64,000 nucleotides of DNA, taken from assembly GCA_965237675.1 (NCBI GenBank), contig OZ250150.1:2912001-2976000 (forward strand), read 5' to 3'. Position numbers and translations under genes: made by a program. The notes below the pieces were generated by a model. It did not search any database and was not told the origin of the DNA. It worked only from the letters and a program-made list of their open reading frames with translations. Each line of letters opens with the position of its first letter. The stretch's first letter is position 1. Positions 19,640-30,334 of this stretch are shown piece by piece. The DNA is from Candidatus Latescibacterota bacterium (lineage in GTDB: Bacteria > Latescibacterota > UBA2968 > GCA-2709665).

Positions 19640-20405
19640 GCAGATTCGGCATATACTGGAGGCGGTTCGGGAAAACGAACTGGATATCGATAGCGCGATG
19701 GAGCGGCTGAAGAAGCTGCCGTTTGAAGATCTGGGGTTCGCGCACGTGGATCATCACCGGGCAATGCGGCAGGGCTTCCCCGAGGTGATCTTCTGCGAGG
19801 GCAAGACCACCGAACAGGTGGTTGAGATCGCGCGCCGGATTTCGGAGGCGGGATCCACGCTTCTGGCAACCCGCGCCGACCGCGCCCAGGCGGATGCCGT
19901 GCGTGCCGCGTTGCCGGGAGTGGACTACAACCCGTTGGCGCGGACGCTGTTGATTCGCGGTAGCGATGGGGACGGTAATGCGACGGCCGGAGAGGTGCTG
20001 GTCATTTCAGCTGGAACATCCGATTTGCCGGTAGCCGAGGAGGCGGTGGTCACGGCGGAGGCGATGGGGATCCGCGTCAGGAAGCTGTACGACGTGGGCG
20101 TGGCGGGAATTCACCGGCTGTTCGCGTATCGGGAACAGATCGACCGGGCGGCGGCCATTGTGGTGGTGGCCGGAATGGAGGGCGCGCTGCCCTCGGTGGT
20201 TGGCGGGTTGGTGGATGTCCCGGTGATTGCGGTGCCGACCAGCGTGGGGTATGGCGCCAGTTTCGGCGGACTGGCCGCGTTGCTGGGGACGTTGAATTCC
20301 TGCGCGCCGGGTGTCGCGGTTGTGAACATCGACAATGGATTCGGCGCGGGTTTCTTCGCGGGTCTCGTCATCCGGTTGCAGAACCGCGACGGGCGTGGGT
20401 CGTAG
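19629..20405 (+). CDS. larB: Nickel-pincer cofactor biosynthesis carboxylase LarB
   Basis: DHHR..RQGFPEVIF..GK, AGTSDLPVAEEA, DVGVAGIHRL, VPTSVGYG, NIDNGFGA. Confidence 0.93.
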   Translation: MTPEQIRHILEAVRENELDIDSAMERLKKLPFEDLGFAHVDHHRAMRQGFPEVIFCEGKTTEQVVEIARRISEAGSTLLATRADRAQADAVRAALPGVDYNPLARTLLIRGSDGDGNATAGEVLVISAGTSDLPVAEEAVVTAEAMGIRVRKLYDVGVAGIHRLFAYREQIDRAAAIVVVAGMEGALPSVVGGLVDVPVIAVPTSVGYGASFGGLAALLGTLNSCAPGVAVVNIDNGFGAGFFAGLVIRLQNRDGRGS

Positions 20406-20408
20406 CTA

Positions 20409-21863
20409 CTACCGGCGTCTGAGACCGAGGCGGTTCCGGAGTGAAACGGGGCGCCCGTCGGGGTCCGCGAGCGGTCGCGGCGGATAGGTGCGTTGCGTTT
20501 TCAGGCTGAGAAGAACCAGCAAGAGCAGTGCGATCGGTACGGCCAGCAGGTCTGCCGGTAGATCCGGTACGAGGTAGATGAGGCCAATCCAGGAGATGAA
20601 GCCCGAACCCATGGCCGCAAGCGCGCCAGGCAGATTGGCTCGAGACCACCAGATGCCGGCCGTGAGCGGTACAAAGAGGGTGGCCAGCAGGATCGACCAT
20701 GAGTTCACCATCAGCGAGTAGACGGTATTGTGCGCCAGTGCGAGGTAGAGAGCAATCAGGCCGAGAATCGGGACGCTGATGCGGCAGATCCGGAGAATGA
20801 GACGTTCGTCGGCATCCGGACGGACGTAGCGGACCAGATCCCATCCGATGACGCTGGCCGGGGCCAGCAGCGCGCTGTCCGCGCTGCTCATCAGGGCGGA
20901 AACGAGCGCGCCGAGAAATAAGGCCATCGCCAGGGGTGAGAGATATTTCATGCCCAGCCGCATCATGATCATATCCGGATCGCTGAGATCGGGAAAAATA
21001 AGGGTTCCGGCGATGCCGAGAAATACCGGCAGCAGGCCGACGGTGAGATAGAGTCCGCCGGCAAGGTAGGCGCTGTTCTGGGCCACGGATTCATTTTTGC
21101 TCGATAGGCTGCGCTGGATCAGATCCTGCCCCGCCAGATTGCCCAGACCAATCACGAGCCAGTCCCGGGCATAGGCAAACCAGCCGGGCATGCCCCCGCT
21201 TCGGGGATAGAGGTAAAACCGGTCTTCAGGGATCCTGGCACTAAGGGCGGACCACCCGCCCATGTCGTTCAGCAGCAGCGGCGTGATTACCAGGAGGCCC
21301 ACCGTCAAAACGGCAACCTGGATGAAGTCCGTGAGCGTGACGGCCCACATGCCCCCCGCTGTCGTGTACACGAGTACGATTGCGGCGCCGATACAGATGC
21401 CCAGGGTCGGATCCAGTCCGGTGAGCGATTGGATGACCCGGCCGAAGGCGACCATGAGGGACGCCACCCATCCGAGATACGCGGGAATGGTACACAGGGC
21501 GGCCACCACACCCGCCGTGGTCCCGAAGCGGCTCTCGAAAAAACCGGCAATGGTGGTCAAACCCATCCGCCGCATGACCCGGACGTAGAAAAGCCCGGCG
21601 AGAAAGAGGCACAGGGCGGCGCCGAACGGATCGGCGATTATGCCCAGAAAGCCCTTTTTGTAGGCCTCGCTGGCGGCGCCGATGACGATGCCGCCGCCGA
21701 ACCAGGTGGCCGCAATGGTACCGGTGGCCAGCCAGATACCCAGCCTCCGGCCGGCAACGATGAAGTCGGCGGAGCCCTTGACGCGCCGTCCGGCGTAGAG
21801 CCCGACCGCGAGGGTGAGCAGGATGTAGGCGGCGAGGCCGAGGATGATGGGAAGGTTGGGCAT
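20409..21863 (-). CDS. Sodium:solute symporter
   Basis: Polytopic membrane protein; DFIVAGR, GGMWAVTLTD.IQ, SALMSSADS motifs. Confidence 0.92.
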   Translation of the reverse strand: MPNLPIILGLAAYILLTLAVGLYAGRRVKGSADFIVAGRRLGIWLATGTIAATWFGGGIVIGAASEAYKKGFLGIIADPFGAALCLFLAGLFYVRVMRRMGLTTIAGFFESRFGTTAGVVAALCTIPAYLGWVASLMVAFGRVIQSLTGLDPTLGICIGAAIVLVYTTAGGMWAVTLTDFIQVAVLTVGLLVITPLLLNDMGGWSALSARIPEDRFYLYPRSGGMPGWFAYARDWLVIGLGNLAGQDLIQRSLSSKNESVAQNSAYLAGGLYLTVGLLPVFLGIAGTLIFPDLSDPDMIMMRLGMKYLSPLAMALFLGALVSALMSSADSALLAPASVIGWDLVRYVRPDADERLILRICRISVPILGLIALYLALAHNTVYSLMVNSWSILLATLFVPLTAGIWWSRANLPGALAAMGSGFISWIGLIYLVPDLPADLLAVPIALLLLVLLSLKTQRTYPPRPLADPDGRPVSLRNRLGLRRR

Positions 21864-21922
21864 GGAGAAATCTGGAGTCCGGGTTTAGAAATCGGGCATC
21901 GGAGTTCCAATCGGATGCCGAA

Positions 21923-23074
21923 TCACTCGATGCGGTTGTGTTGTTTCAGTATGTCGACAAGCCGGTCCAGGGGCAGGCCGGGCATGGTCCTGTTGTCCCG
22001 GCCGATCATAGTATCCGCGGCGCACAGCGCGTTGACGACGGCTTCCTCGGTGGCCTCAACCGTGGCCTGCAGGAGCGGGTTGAGGCGGTGGTCGCGCAGT
22101 GTCCGTACGGTGTCCACCATCGCTGCGTCCCGTGGAATTCGGCGGGCGGTGGAAAAAGCCAGAACCAGGTCGCCGCTGCTCGTTCGTGAGAAGGTGCCGG
22201 TGCGGCTCACGCCGAAAGCGGACCGTTTGCAGAGCCGGCGAAGCTGGATGGGGATCAGCGGCGCGTCCGTGGCGATCAGAATGACAATGGAGCCGTCGCG
22301 GGCCGGCGGACGGGGCGCCTTTGGCAGGTGTCTGCCCACGGGCACGCCGTCGATGACCAGATTGGGACGCCGGCCGCAGTTGGCAATAACAAGCACGCCG
22401 AGGGTGTAGGCGCCCTGTCCCTGGGAGAGCACGCGCGAGGCCGTGCCGACGCCGGCCTTGAAACCGTATGCCCGCATCCCCGTTCCCGCACCCACCGATC
22501 CTTCGGCTACCGGGCCGCCCGTTGCGGATTCGATTGCCCGGATGACATGTTGCTCCTTTACGTGGCGGCCCGCGATATCGTTGAGGCCGCCATCGTAACA
22601 TTCGGCCACAACGGGCAGCGGCACCCGTCCCTTGTTCTGCATGAGCATGTAGGCAACAACGCCACTGTACGCCTCGCCGACGCTGAGGGTGTTGGTGAGT
22701 ATCACCGGCACCTCCAGCAGACCCCGTTCGTTGATCCACTCCGTGCCCGTCATTTCGCCGTTGCCGTTGAGGGCTTCGGCCGCGGCGAAGACTTGGTACA
22801 GATAGACGTCGTCCGGGTGGGGCACCACGGCGGTGACACCGGTGCGGACGGGACCCTTTCCGACCACCAGTTCGCCCTCGCCGCTAATGAGGGTGACGTG
22901 GCCCACCTGGACGCCAGGGACGTCGGTAATGGCGTTATGGAGGCCGGGCGCGAGGGAACCGATGCGGATACCGAGATCCCGCGCCCGGGGGCGTTGGGCG
23001 CCAGCGGTGCCCGCGCAGAGCGCGAGACTGAGGAGCGTGAGTACCCATCGGCGCATGTTTGTATAAGTATCCAT
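21923..23074 (-). CDS. DmpA/S58 (P1) family aminopeptidase, secreted
   Basis: Signal peptide; NAITDVPGV.VGH, TGVTA, EGSVGAGTGM, DGSIV..ATDAP, SGD motifs. Confidence 0.9.
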   Translation of the reverse strand: MDTYTNMRRWVLTLLSLALCAGTAGAQRPRARDLGIRIGSLAPGLHNAITDVPGVQVGHVTLISGEGELVVGKGPVRTGVTAVVPHPDDVYLYQVFAAAEALNGNGEMTGTEWINERGLLEVPVILTNTLSVGEAYSGVVAYMLMQNKGRVPLPVVAECYDGGLNDIAGRHVKEQHVIRAIESATGGPVAEGSVGAGTGMRAYGFKAGVGTASRVLSQGQGAYTLGVLVIANCGRRPNLVIDGVPVGRHLPKAPRPPARDGSIVILIATDAPLIPIQLRRLCKRSAFGVSRTGTFSRTSSGDLVLAFSTARRIPRDAAMVDTVRTLRDHRLNPLLQATVEATEEAVVNALCAADTMIGRDNRTMPGLPLDRLVDILKQHNRIE

Positions 23075-23104
23075 AACGCGGGAATCGGAAACGCGGGAAT
23101 CGGA
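23075..23104. repeat. 15-bp tandem duplication upstream of the dmpA-like gene
   Basis: AACGCGGGAATCGGA x2. Confidence 0.7.
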
Positions 23105-23229
23105 GTTCGGGCTGGCAGGAGACCGGTAACGCGGAAATACGATTTTGTCTCAAATGCCCGGGATGTCTGGTTTGCGTACGCGCAGCGCGCGCCTTCACCG
23201 GCCTGTTCGGGCGGCCGACTGTCAGCCTC

Positions 23230-24429
23230 TCACCGGACTCGAAATTCTGATTTGGAAAAGAAGCCGTCTTTCAATGTTCCCTCCTGGCGCGCCCGGTGGG
23301 TTCTGTTTTTCCAGACGAAACCCCCGAACGTTCCGAACAACCCCACCAGAACCGTGTATGGAATCTGCAGAAGTTCCCACATCGGCAACACCCTCAGGAG
23401 GTCGGTCCGGCCGAAGAGGCGGGCGCCTTTCCATACCACGCCCAGGTCCGCCAGCGCTTTGACCGCGAAACATGCCAGCGGCAGGCCGTAGGCATTTTGA
23501 CCCGCACCCAGGATCATGCTGGCGGGTAAGAGAAGGTTGAGCAGAAAGACGTTCGCAAGATAGACGAAAAAGACGGGATTGAGCGTCACCATGTTTCGGG
23601 CGTTCGACGCCCATCGGCGCCGCTGGGTCCAGAAACCGGCTATGGATTCGGCGCGCCTGGTGCTGACAAAGGTGTCGGGGTCGTTGGCAAATGCGATCTT
23701 CGCGCCGGCCCGGCGAAACAACTGAAGCAGGAGTACGTCGTCGCCGGAGGGGCGATTGGCGATCTTCTCGAATCCGTTAACCTGATCGAAAAGCGCCTTC
23801 CGGTAGCCCAGATTCTGGCCGGTCGCGCCCAGCGGCATCGACAGGTTGGCGGCACCGGCCGAAGCGGACATGAGGGCGAGAAAGTCAAACGCCTGCAACC
23901 GTTCCACCGGCGTCAGCCGGTCCTGGGCGGTCTTGACCTGGGAAAAACCGATGACGGCATCCACGTCCGGCTCGAAACGGGTGACCATGCCGGCAATCCA
24001 TGTGGCCGGCACGGCGCAGTCCGCGTCGGTGGTCAGAATGATGGTTCCCCGTGCGGCCCGGATGCCCTCGGAGAGGGGCCGTTTTTTCGCCGCCATATGT
24101 TGAAAAACGTCCGTGACGACAATGCTGCGGATCCGGGGGTGCCTTGCGGCCAGACGGGCTACGATTAGCGGTGTGTGGTCCGTGGAGCCGTCGTCGACCA
24201 CCAGGACCTCGTACCGGTCGGCCGGGTAGGTCTGGTTGACCAGTCCGGCCAGGCAACCGGCGATAAAATTCGCTTCGTTCCTCGCCGCGACCACGACCGA
24301 TACGAAAGGCCATGAGTGGTCATGAGCGGGCCGGTTCTTTCGCCACAGGCCAATCAGAAAGGCCAAGGCGACGCCGAGGTAGATTGCCGTTGAAACCAAC
24401 AGGAAAACATTGATCAGGGAGGTCAACAC
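23230..24429 (-). CDS. GT2 membrane glycosyltransferase
   Basis: VVVAARNE, DDGSTD, TTDADC, SGDD, QRRRW; N- and C-terminal TM helices. Confidence 0.9.
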   Translation of the reverse strand: MLTSLINVFLLVSTAIYLGVALAFLIGLWRKNRPAHDHSWPFVSVVVAARNEANFIAGCLAGLVNQTYPADRYEVLVVDDGSTDHTPLIVARLAARHPRIRSIVVTDVFQHMAAKKRPLSEGIRAARGTIILTTDADCAVPATWIAGMVTRFEPDVDAVIGFSQVKTAQDRLTPVERLQAFDFLALMSASAGAANLSMPLGATGQNLGYRKALFDQVNGFEKIANRPSGDDVLLLQLFRRAGAKIAFANDPDTFVSTRRAESIAGFWTQRRRWASNARNMVTLNPVFFVYLANVFLLNLLLPASMILGAGQNAYGLPLACFAVKALADLGVVWKGARLFGRTDLLRVLPMWELLQIPYTVLVGLFGTFGGFVWKNRTHRARQEGTLKDGFFSKSEFRVR

Positions 24430-24622
24430 GGGTATCCGGGTTCGGAAGCGGTTGGAAACAGGCCGTGGGCGTCGCGAAACGGTGAAAATCGACGGGTGGA
24501 GAAAGTTTTGGGTGCTCGGACGGGGGCGGTGGACGGAAGCGAGGCATGCGAGAGGGCGACAACCCGAATTCTAATCTGTCGCGGCGTGCCGGTACGGACA
24601 TCGACGCGGCGGGATGCGCGTT

Positions 24623-25681
24623 CTAATGTTTCACCTCTTCGATATCATAAAACATGCCCTTAATGCCTTCGGAACAGTTGTTGCAGATTGGCACGGCGGA
24701 CCGGTCCTTCAGAATGGCGTTTCTGAAACCGGTATACGCCTCGCCGGACCAGACGCTGTCGAAGTTCGTGTTTTCCAGCGCATCCCCCAGGCCGTAATGC
24801 ACGTCTTTGTCAAAACAACACGGAGATACGGCGCCGTCCCAGTTGACAACAGTGCTGTACCAGAGGTGCCTGCAGGAATTGGTGATCTTGCCGTTCATGG
24901 TCAGTTGGTCCGCGTCGTAAAGGTAGCGGCTAAAGGATTCGTCTTCAGGCAGATATTGTTCGGCCTCGGCCTCGGTATACACCTGGGCCGTCTTTAATGA
25001 GAGCCGGTCCACGCCCAGATCCTGCGCGAGATTCCGGGCGGCGGCGATCTCGTTTTCGTTGTGTTTGAATATGATGAATTGCAGGTGGATCACGGGATGG
25101 TCCGCCCCGAGCGTTTTCTTTACGCTGCTGAGAAAGCGGATCCCGTCAAGGACCCGGTCGAAATTGCCGCCCACGCGGTATTTGACGTAGGATTCCGGCG
25201 TAACCCCATCCAGGGAGACGACGATTTCGTCCAGACCGGAGGTGACGATATCTTCGGCATCGCCTCGGTTGCGGATATAGTGGACATTGGTGCTGGTGAT
25301 GGTGGGCACGTTATGCGCCTTGGCCAGACGGACCATGTCGGTGAGACGCCGGTTGATGAATGGCTCTCCCTGGTTCCACAACATCAGGAGAAGCAGGTCT
25401 TTCGCCTGCGCTTCGAATATCCGTTTGAAGGCATCGTATTCCATGGTGCCGCGCGGCCGGGTCAACCCGCCATTGCCCGACGGACAGAGCGGACATTTGA
25501 GATTGCAGATATTGGTGGGCTCCAGCATCAGGATGAAGGGGCGGCCCATGCGGATATCGCGTTTGGCCAGGCGAGAGAGAATGTAGGAGGAAACCACTTT
25601 GGCCACGTTCCAGACACGCCGGAACGTGAGTGCCCGGTGGTACCGCGCAACGGTCTTGGGCAAGAGTTTGAGTGAGAGCAT
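24623..25681 (-). CDS. Radical SAM/SPASM-domain protein
   Basis: CNLKCPLC (CxxxCxxC), GEP, C-terminal C...CC...CNNC. Confidence 0.9.
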   Translation of the reverse strand: MLSLKLLPKTVARYHRALTFRRVWNVAKVVSSYILSRLAKRDIRMGRPFILMLEPTNICNLKCPLCPSGNGGLTRPRGTMEYDAFKRIFEAQAKDLLLLMLWNQGEPFINRRLTDMVRLAKAHNVPTITSTNVHYIRNRGDAEDIVTSGLDEIVVSLDGVTPESYVKYRVGGNFDRVLDGIRFLSSVKKTLGADHPVIHLQFIIFKHNENEIAAARNLAQDLGVDRLSLKTAQVYTEAEAEQYLPEDESFSRYLYDADQLTMNGKITNSCRHLWYSTVVNWDGAVSPCCFDKDVHYGLGDALENTNFDSVWSGEAYTGFRNAILKDRSAVPICNNCSEGIKGMFYDIEEVKH

Positions 25682-25683
25682 GT

Positions 25684-26784
25684 CTATTTCCAGTGGGAGG
25701 GCGCCAGCGCGCCCAGGGCGCAGAACAGGACGATATAGGGTACGGCGATCAGCTCCAGCAGCGGAAACAACCAGAGGACTTGCCGTGCGTTGAAACGGCG
25801 GGCGGCTCGGGACAGAAGCAGCCAGTCGGCCAGTATTTTTACCGCGGCCATCAGGCCGAAGGGGAACCACAACGCGGGATGCCGCAATGCGAGGAAAGGC
25901 CCCGCGGCGAGGAGTACGTGGAATATATATAGACTCAATGCGACAAGCAAGACCGAAATCCCGTAATGCACGGCCTTGGACTGGTAGCGGACCTGGCGGC
26001 GGTAAAGGCCGTCGGTGTGCGGGTATGAACTCACGCTGGCGTCCGGATTGAATCGAACGCGCCAGGCGGTCCGGGAGGCGATGCGTCGCATCAGCAGGAC
26101 GTCGTCCCCGCCGCGGATATGCCCGATGGGTTCAAAGCCGCCGGCATCGTGGAATGCCGACCTGCGATAGGCCAGATTCCGTCCGGAACAGGTCAGCGGA
26201 AAGCCCAGGCCCATGCTGCCGGCCGCCAGGGCGGCCACGACAAGGCTCTGCAAGGCAAGCAGTCCGGACAGCAGTCCTCTTCGCGGCACCAGAGGCGCTT
26301 GCCCGGCGACCATGCCAACTTCAGGGTCGAAGGCCCGTACGGAGGAAGCGATCCAGCCTGAGGAGGGGATACAATCGGCATCCGTGGTGAGGATGATTTC
26401 ACCGGCGCCGGAGTGAATGCCCATTTTCAGGGCACTTTTTTTCGGGCAGGCGAACGGTCCGCCTGTTGCGCGCACGACCTTGAGGCCCGGGATCCGTCCC
26501 GTCCACGAGAGGGCACGGCAGGCCGTGTCGTCGGTTGAACGGTCGTCGACGACGATGACTTGTGTGTGTTCGGGCGGATAGGTCTGTCTGGAAAGGGCCT
26601 CGAGGCATCCGTCGATGCGCTTCGCTTCGTTGCGGGCGGCAACCACGACCGTGACATCGGGGCGTTCGGCGTTGCGGCCGGCTGACAGTCGGCTCAGGCC
26701 CGTTCGGAAGGCGCAGGCCAGGAAGACGTAGAGAATGCACAGGAAGCCTGAGGCGAATGCCAGCGTCTCCGTCGTGGCCGTCAA
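25684..26784 (-). CDS. GT2 membrane glycosyltransferase (paralogue of 23230..24429)
   Basis: VVVAARNE, DDRSTD, TTDADC, GGDD; TTG start overlaps the upstream stop. Confidence 0.88.
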   Translation of the reverse strand: MTATTETLAFASGFLCILYVFLACAFRTGLSRLSAGRNAERPDVTVVVAARNEAKRIDGCLEALSRQTYPPEHTQVIVVDDRSTDDTACRALSWTGRIPGLKVVRATGGPFACPKKSALKMGIHSGAGEIILTTDADCIPSSGWIASSVRAFDPEVGMVAGQAPLVPRRGLLSGLLALQSLVVAALAAGSMGLGFPLTCSGRNLAYRRSAFHDAGGFEPIGHIRGGDDVLLMRRIASRTAWRVRFNPDASVSSYPHTDGLYRRQVRYQSKAVHYGISVLLVALSLYIFHVLLAAGPFLALRHPALWFPFGLMAAVKILADWLLLSRAARRFNARQVLWLFPLLELIAVPYIVLFCALGALAPSHWK

Positions 26785-27962
26785 GAATCGCCCTCGCGGC
26801 GGGCATCGGCAATACACCGCTTGATCCACGACAGATTGGCTTCAGGCATAATGCCGTAGTTGTAGAACGAAAAGCGGCGGATGCCCAGCCTCAGCGCGCG
26901 TTCGACGTTTGTCAGGAGGGTCTCGAAATCCGGTGAGGCCGGTGGATAGGCCTGAAGGCCCAGCACGAGTTGTTGCGGGTTCTTCAGGTCGGGTACGATG
27001 TCGGAGATGGTCGCGTGGACGCTGGCGGCGTCGGGTGTGTAGGCGAGGGTTTCCACATAGTCCGCGACGCCCGCAATGCGTGAACGGCGGATAGCCGCGT
27101 TGTACCGATCCCCCATAAAGATGAACGAGACAGGGATCCCGGCGGCGGTTTTGACTTCCTCCAGCAGGCTTGCGACGACCTCGTCGCGCATTTGGACGAA
27201 TGCCGCGAGTTCCGGCACGCCGTCGATGAGTTCCTCGGGGGATTCCCCGTGAGGGATGCCGGATACCAGGGTCTGACGCAGCATGGATTCCACGGCCTTC
27301 GAAAGGGCGCCTGGATTCAGGCCGTTCTCTTTTGCCCGCGATTTGCATGCATTACAGAAGCAGATGGAAAGAAGCAAACGCCCGCCCGGCCCCAGGTCGA
27401 CACCGTGTTTGACGTGATAGTGGGTATGTCCGAATCCACCATAGGAGAGGGATTCGCATTCCAGAAGGGCAACTCCGTAGTTTTTCGCCAGGTCTTTGGC
27501 CAGCGCAGCGGCATAGGCGCGAACCCCGGCGTTGGCCGGGCACAGCCGGGAGGTGCTCACGTCGCCGGTACAGCTGACTTCCGCGCATTCCGGATGGCGG
27601 ACGGCTTGATACGAGTTGTGAAGAAATACCGTCCACGCGATGAGTTCCAGGCCGGCGCCGGCCGCGGCCCCGGCCGCGCCCGCGTACCAGTTTTCGTCGG
27701 CCATCAGCGGGCTGACGTGGGGTTGTATGGGTGTGTCGGCATACAGGCTGCCGTCGGGCTGAAAATAGACGGCAGCCTGTGGAATCTGGAGGAGCACCTT
27801 GTCCGGCGAATTGGGACGCAGCATTTCAAAGGTGTGGTACGCCGAGGCCAGGCTGATTCCGTCCAGGCCGATTTCGTCCTTGAGTGTTGCCGCGATGGAT
27901 TCGGGCTCGCCGTCGGCCAGGTCCCACGGGTATGACCACAGGGTGGTGTGCAGGCTGGACAA
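26781..27962 (-). CDS. Hypothetical TIM-barrel/glycoside-hydrolase-like protein
   Basis: YPWD..LASAYH..AWTVFLHN..LCPAN..LSICFC..FYNYG pattern; TTG start after GGAGAG is inferred. Confidence 0.65.
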   Translation of the reverse strand: MSSLHTTLWSYPWDLADGEPESIAATLKDEIGLDGISLASAYHTFEMLRPNSPDKVLLQIPQAAVYFQPDGSLYADTPIQPHVSPLMADENWYAGAAGAAAGAGLELIAWTVFLHNSYQAVRHPECAEVSCTGDVSTSRLCPANAGVRAYAAALAKDLAKNYGVALLECESLSYGGFGHTHYHVKHGVDLGPGGRLLLSICFCNACKSRAKENGLNPGALSKAVESMLRQTLVSGIPHGESPEELIDGVPELAAFVQMRDEVVASLLEEVKTAAGIPVSFIFMGDRYNAAIRRSRIAGVADYVETLAYTPDAASVHATISDIVPDLKNPQQLVLGLQAYPPASPDFETLLTNVERALRLGIRRFSFYNYGIMPEANLSWIKRCIADARREGDS

Positions 27963-28215
27963 TCTATTCTCTCCGAATTCAGATGGCAGGCACCCCGGGG
28001 CATCCAATTCTCGACGCCCGGCTGATATGGTGATCGAAAGGCTCAAATTGCGAGGTTGATGGTACCACCTGTTTACGGCAATTGCAAGGGGTTTCGGCAG
28101 GAGCGCTCCTTCGTAGGTGGAGCTAAAAGCGAATGATGGGTCGCGCACCGGTACCTCGACGTCTTTCTCCTAAATCTCTAATTATTATTTTTCTTCGCCC
28201 TTTTTCTTGTACGCC

Positions 28216-29976
28216 AGAGTGTGTCAAAAGTAATTATAGATTGTATATATCCTTGATCGTGCTTACCGTTATGAAGTCCTCGTGGGTCTCCCATCTAAAA
28301 GGCGGCATAAAATGGATTTCATTCGCGGTGAATCAAGAGATCAAGCCACGTTGTTTCCCGAGCGTTTAGACGATTATATCTGTGCAGAGAACCCGGTGCG
28401 TTTTATCGATGTCTTTGTTGATGACCAGGAGATGAGCGCATTGGGTTTTCAACGCATGGAGCCTGCCTGGACAGGGCGTAGGCCTTATGATCCGCGTGAT
28501 TTGCTCAAGCTCTACATCTATGGGTATCTCAATCAGATTCGGTCTTCTCGCAAATTGGAGCGTGAGACGCATCGCAATGTGGAAGTGATGTGGCTTCTCA
28601 GGAGGCTGCGTCCGGATCACAAAACGATTGCCAATTTTCGTAAAGACAACCCCAAAGCCTTTAAGGAGGTCTTTCTCGCCTTCACTGCCCTTTGTCGGCA
28701 GCTGTCGCTGTTTGGGGGTGAGTTGATCGCCGTTGACGGCAGTAAATTCAAAGCCGTCAATAGTCCCCAACGCAATTTTACCAAGGACAAGTTAAAAAGA
28801 AGGCTTCAAGAACTCGAAGAAAAGATCGAGCGATATCTTCAAGAATTAGATGCCCAAGATGCTCAAGATGCAGAAGCGTCATCAGCATCATCGGAAGCGG
28901 ATCCTTCTATACAAGAGAAAATGCAACGTCTGAAAGAACGAAAAGTGACGTATACGCACTTGTTGGACGACCTTGAGGCGCGCGGTGAAACCCAGGTCTC
29001 TCTGACGGATCCGGACAGTCGGGCGATGCCTAAGAGTCCGCAAGCCAAAGTGGGATACAATGTCAGGCAGCCACAGACGATAAGCATCATCTCATTGTTG
29101 AACAAGATGTGACCAATCAGGCCAATGACAAGGCACAGTTGAGCAAAATCAGTATAGGTGCAAAAGCGGTCCTGGACGTGGACGCCTGCCGCGTTGTTGC
29201 AGATGGTGGCTATTACAATGGCGAAACGATCAAGGCATGCGTTGAGGAACGTATTGAGCCGTATGTGCCCAAACCCGACACATCCAACAGCAAAAGCAGA
29301 GGCTTATATAGTAAAGACGACTTCATCTATGATCCCCAACAGGATCGTTATTTATGTCCTGCCGGGCAAGTGCTCACCTATGCTTATGACGCAGCGTATC
29401 CGAAAAAAACATCTGACCAACCCGTCATCAGAAAACATTACACGACATCGGCGTGTAAAACCTGTCCGGTGAGGTCTTTATGCACGACAAACAAAAATGG
29501 ACGCATTCTCACGCGGTGGGTCGATGAACACATCCTCGATGAGATGGCGCAACGTCTGGTAGAAAATCCGGAGGTGCTTGACAAACGACGAGAAATGGTG
29601 GAGCATCCCTTCGGCACACTCAAGTTCTGGTATGGGTATGCCCACTTTCTTGTCAAAGGCCTGGACAAGGTCAAAGCCGAGTTCTCATTGATGAGTCTTG
29701 CTTACAATATCAAGCGCACCATCAACCTCGTCGGTGTGCCCAAAATGGTTGACGCAGTCGGCTGAACAGCTCACCCGACAAGGTCTTGCCTGTCAGCCAA
29801 TGGGTTAGCCGCCCAAGTGAGGCACTTCTCTGGCCGGTTCTCAACGACTTGCAAAGGACCTCTCGACCATAGCACCGATAACTGGGTATTCGCAACGGCC
29901 TTGCCCCGATCATTGACACATCTTAGAGACAATCTGACCCATCTGCGATCCTATTGAGAGTTTTTGCACGGTCTCT
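28216..29976 (+). mobile_element. IS1182-family element
   Basis: Ends AGAGTGTGTCAAAA / AGAGACCGTGCAAAA (rc), weak TIRs. CGCC duplicated at 28212-28215 and 29977-29980; boundaries confirmed by the reconstructed target. Confidence 0.88.
28312..29765 (+). pseudogene. IS1182-family transposase, 1-bp deletion near 29064
   Basis: GRRPYDP..LLKLYIYGY..SSRKLE, PDHKTIANFR, VDGSK, TDPD, ADGGY, VEHPFG motifs; GYNV|QAATD broken at GTCAGG. Confidence 0.88.
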
Positions 29977-30207
29977 CGCCAAAGAAAAAGGGCCAAAAAG
30001 AACGGCGCCGCTCAGACGCCGCGGGGCTGCTTTTCCGCGAATCGACTATCGGGTGTAAACGTACTTTGTTGCCCTGCGTACGCCCAACGCATACAAGATG
30101 CCGCAGTGGTGGACGGAATAACGCGGAAAAACCCTCCACACTACCACCGTGCGTGTGAAAGGTCGATGCGAGGGGACGCAAACGCATTTTAGCACCGCGT
30201 TTGAGTC

Positions 30208-30237
30208 TGTAGGGGCGACCGGCCGGTCGCCCCTACA
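30208..30237. repeat. Perfect 30-bp GTAG-type REP palindrome
   Basis: TGTAGGGGCGACCGG/CCGGTCGCCCCTACA. Confidence 0.8.
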
Positions 30238-30334
30238 AAAACGACGCATCCACGAATTGACATCGCCAGGCCTTATCGCTGTCCGGTGGACGCGGGGCGG
30301 CCCTCTCCCGTCTCCCGTCTACCTTCTCCCCGCT

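Larger units (their letters stand above)
28191..30150 (-). repeat. Structured dispersed repeat, copy 2, split by IS1182
   Basis: Removing the IS and one CGCC gives TTCTTCGCCCTTTTTCTTGTACGCCAAAGAAAAAGGGCCAAAAAGAACGGCGCCGCTCAGACGCCGCGGGGCTGCTTTTCCGCGA, colinear with the rc of copy 1. Confidence 0.82.
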
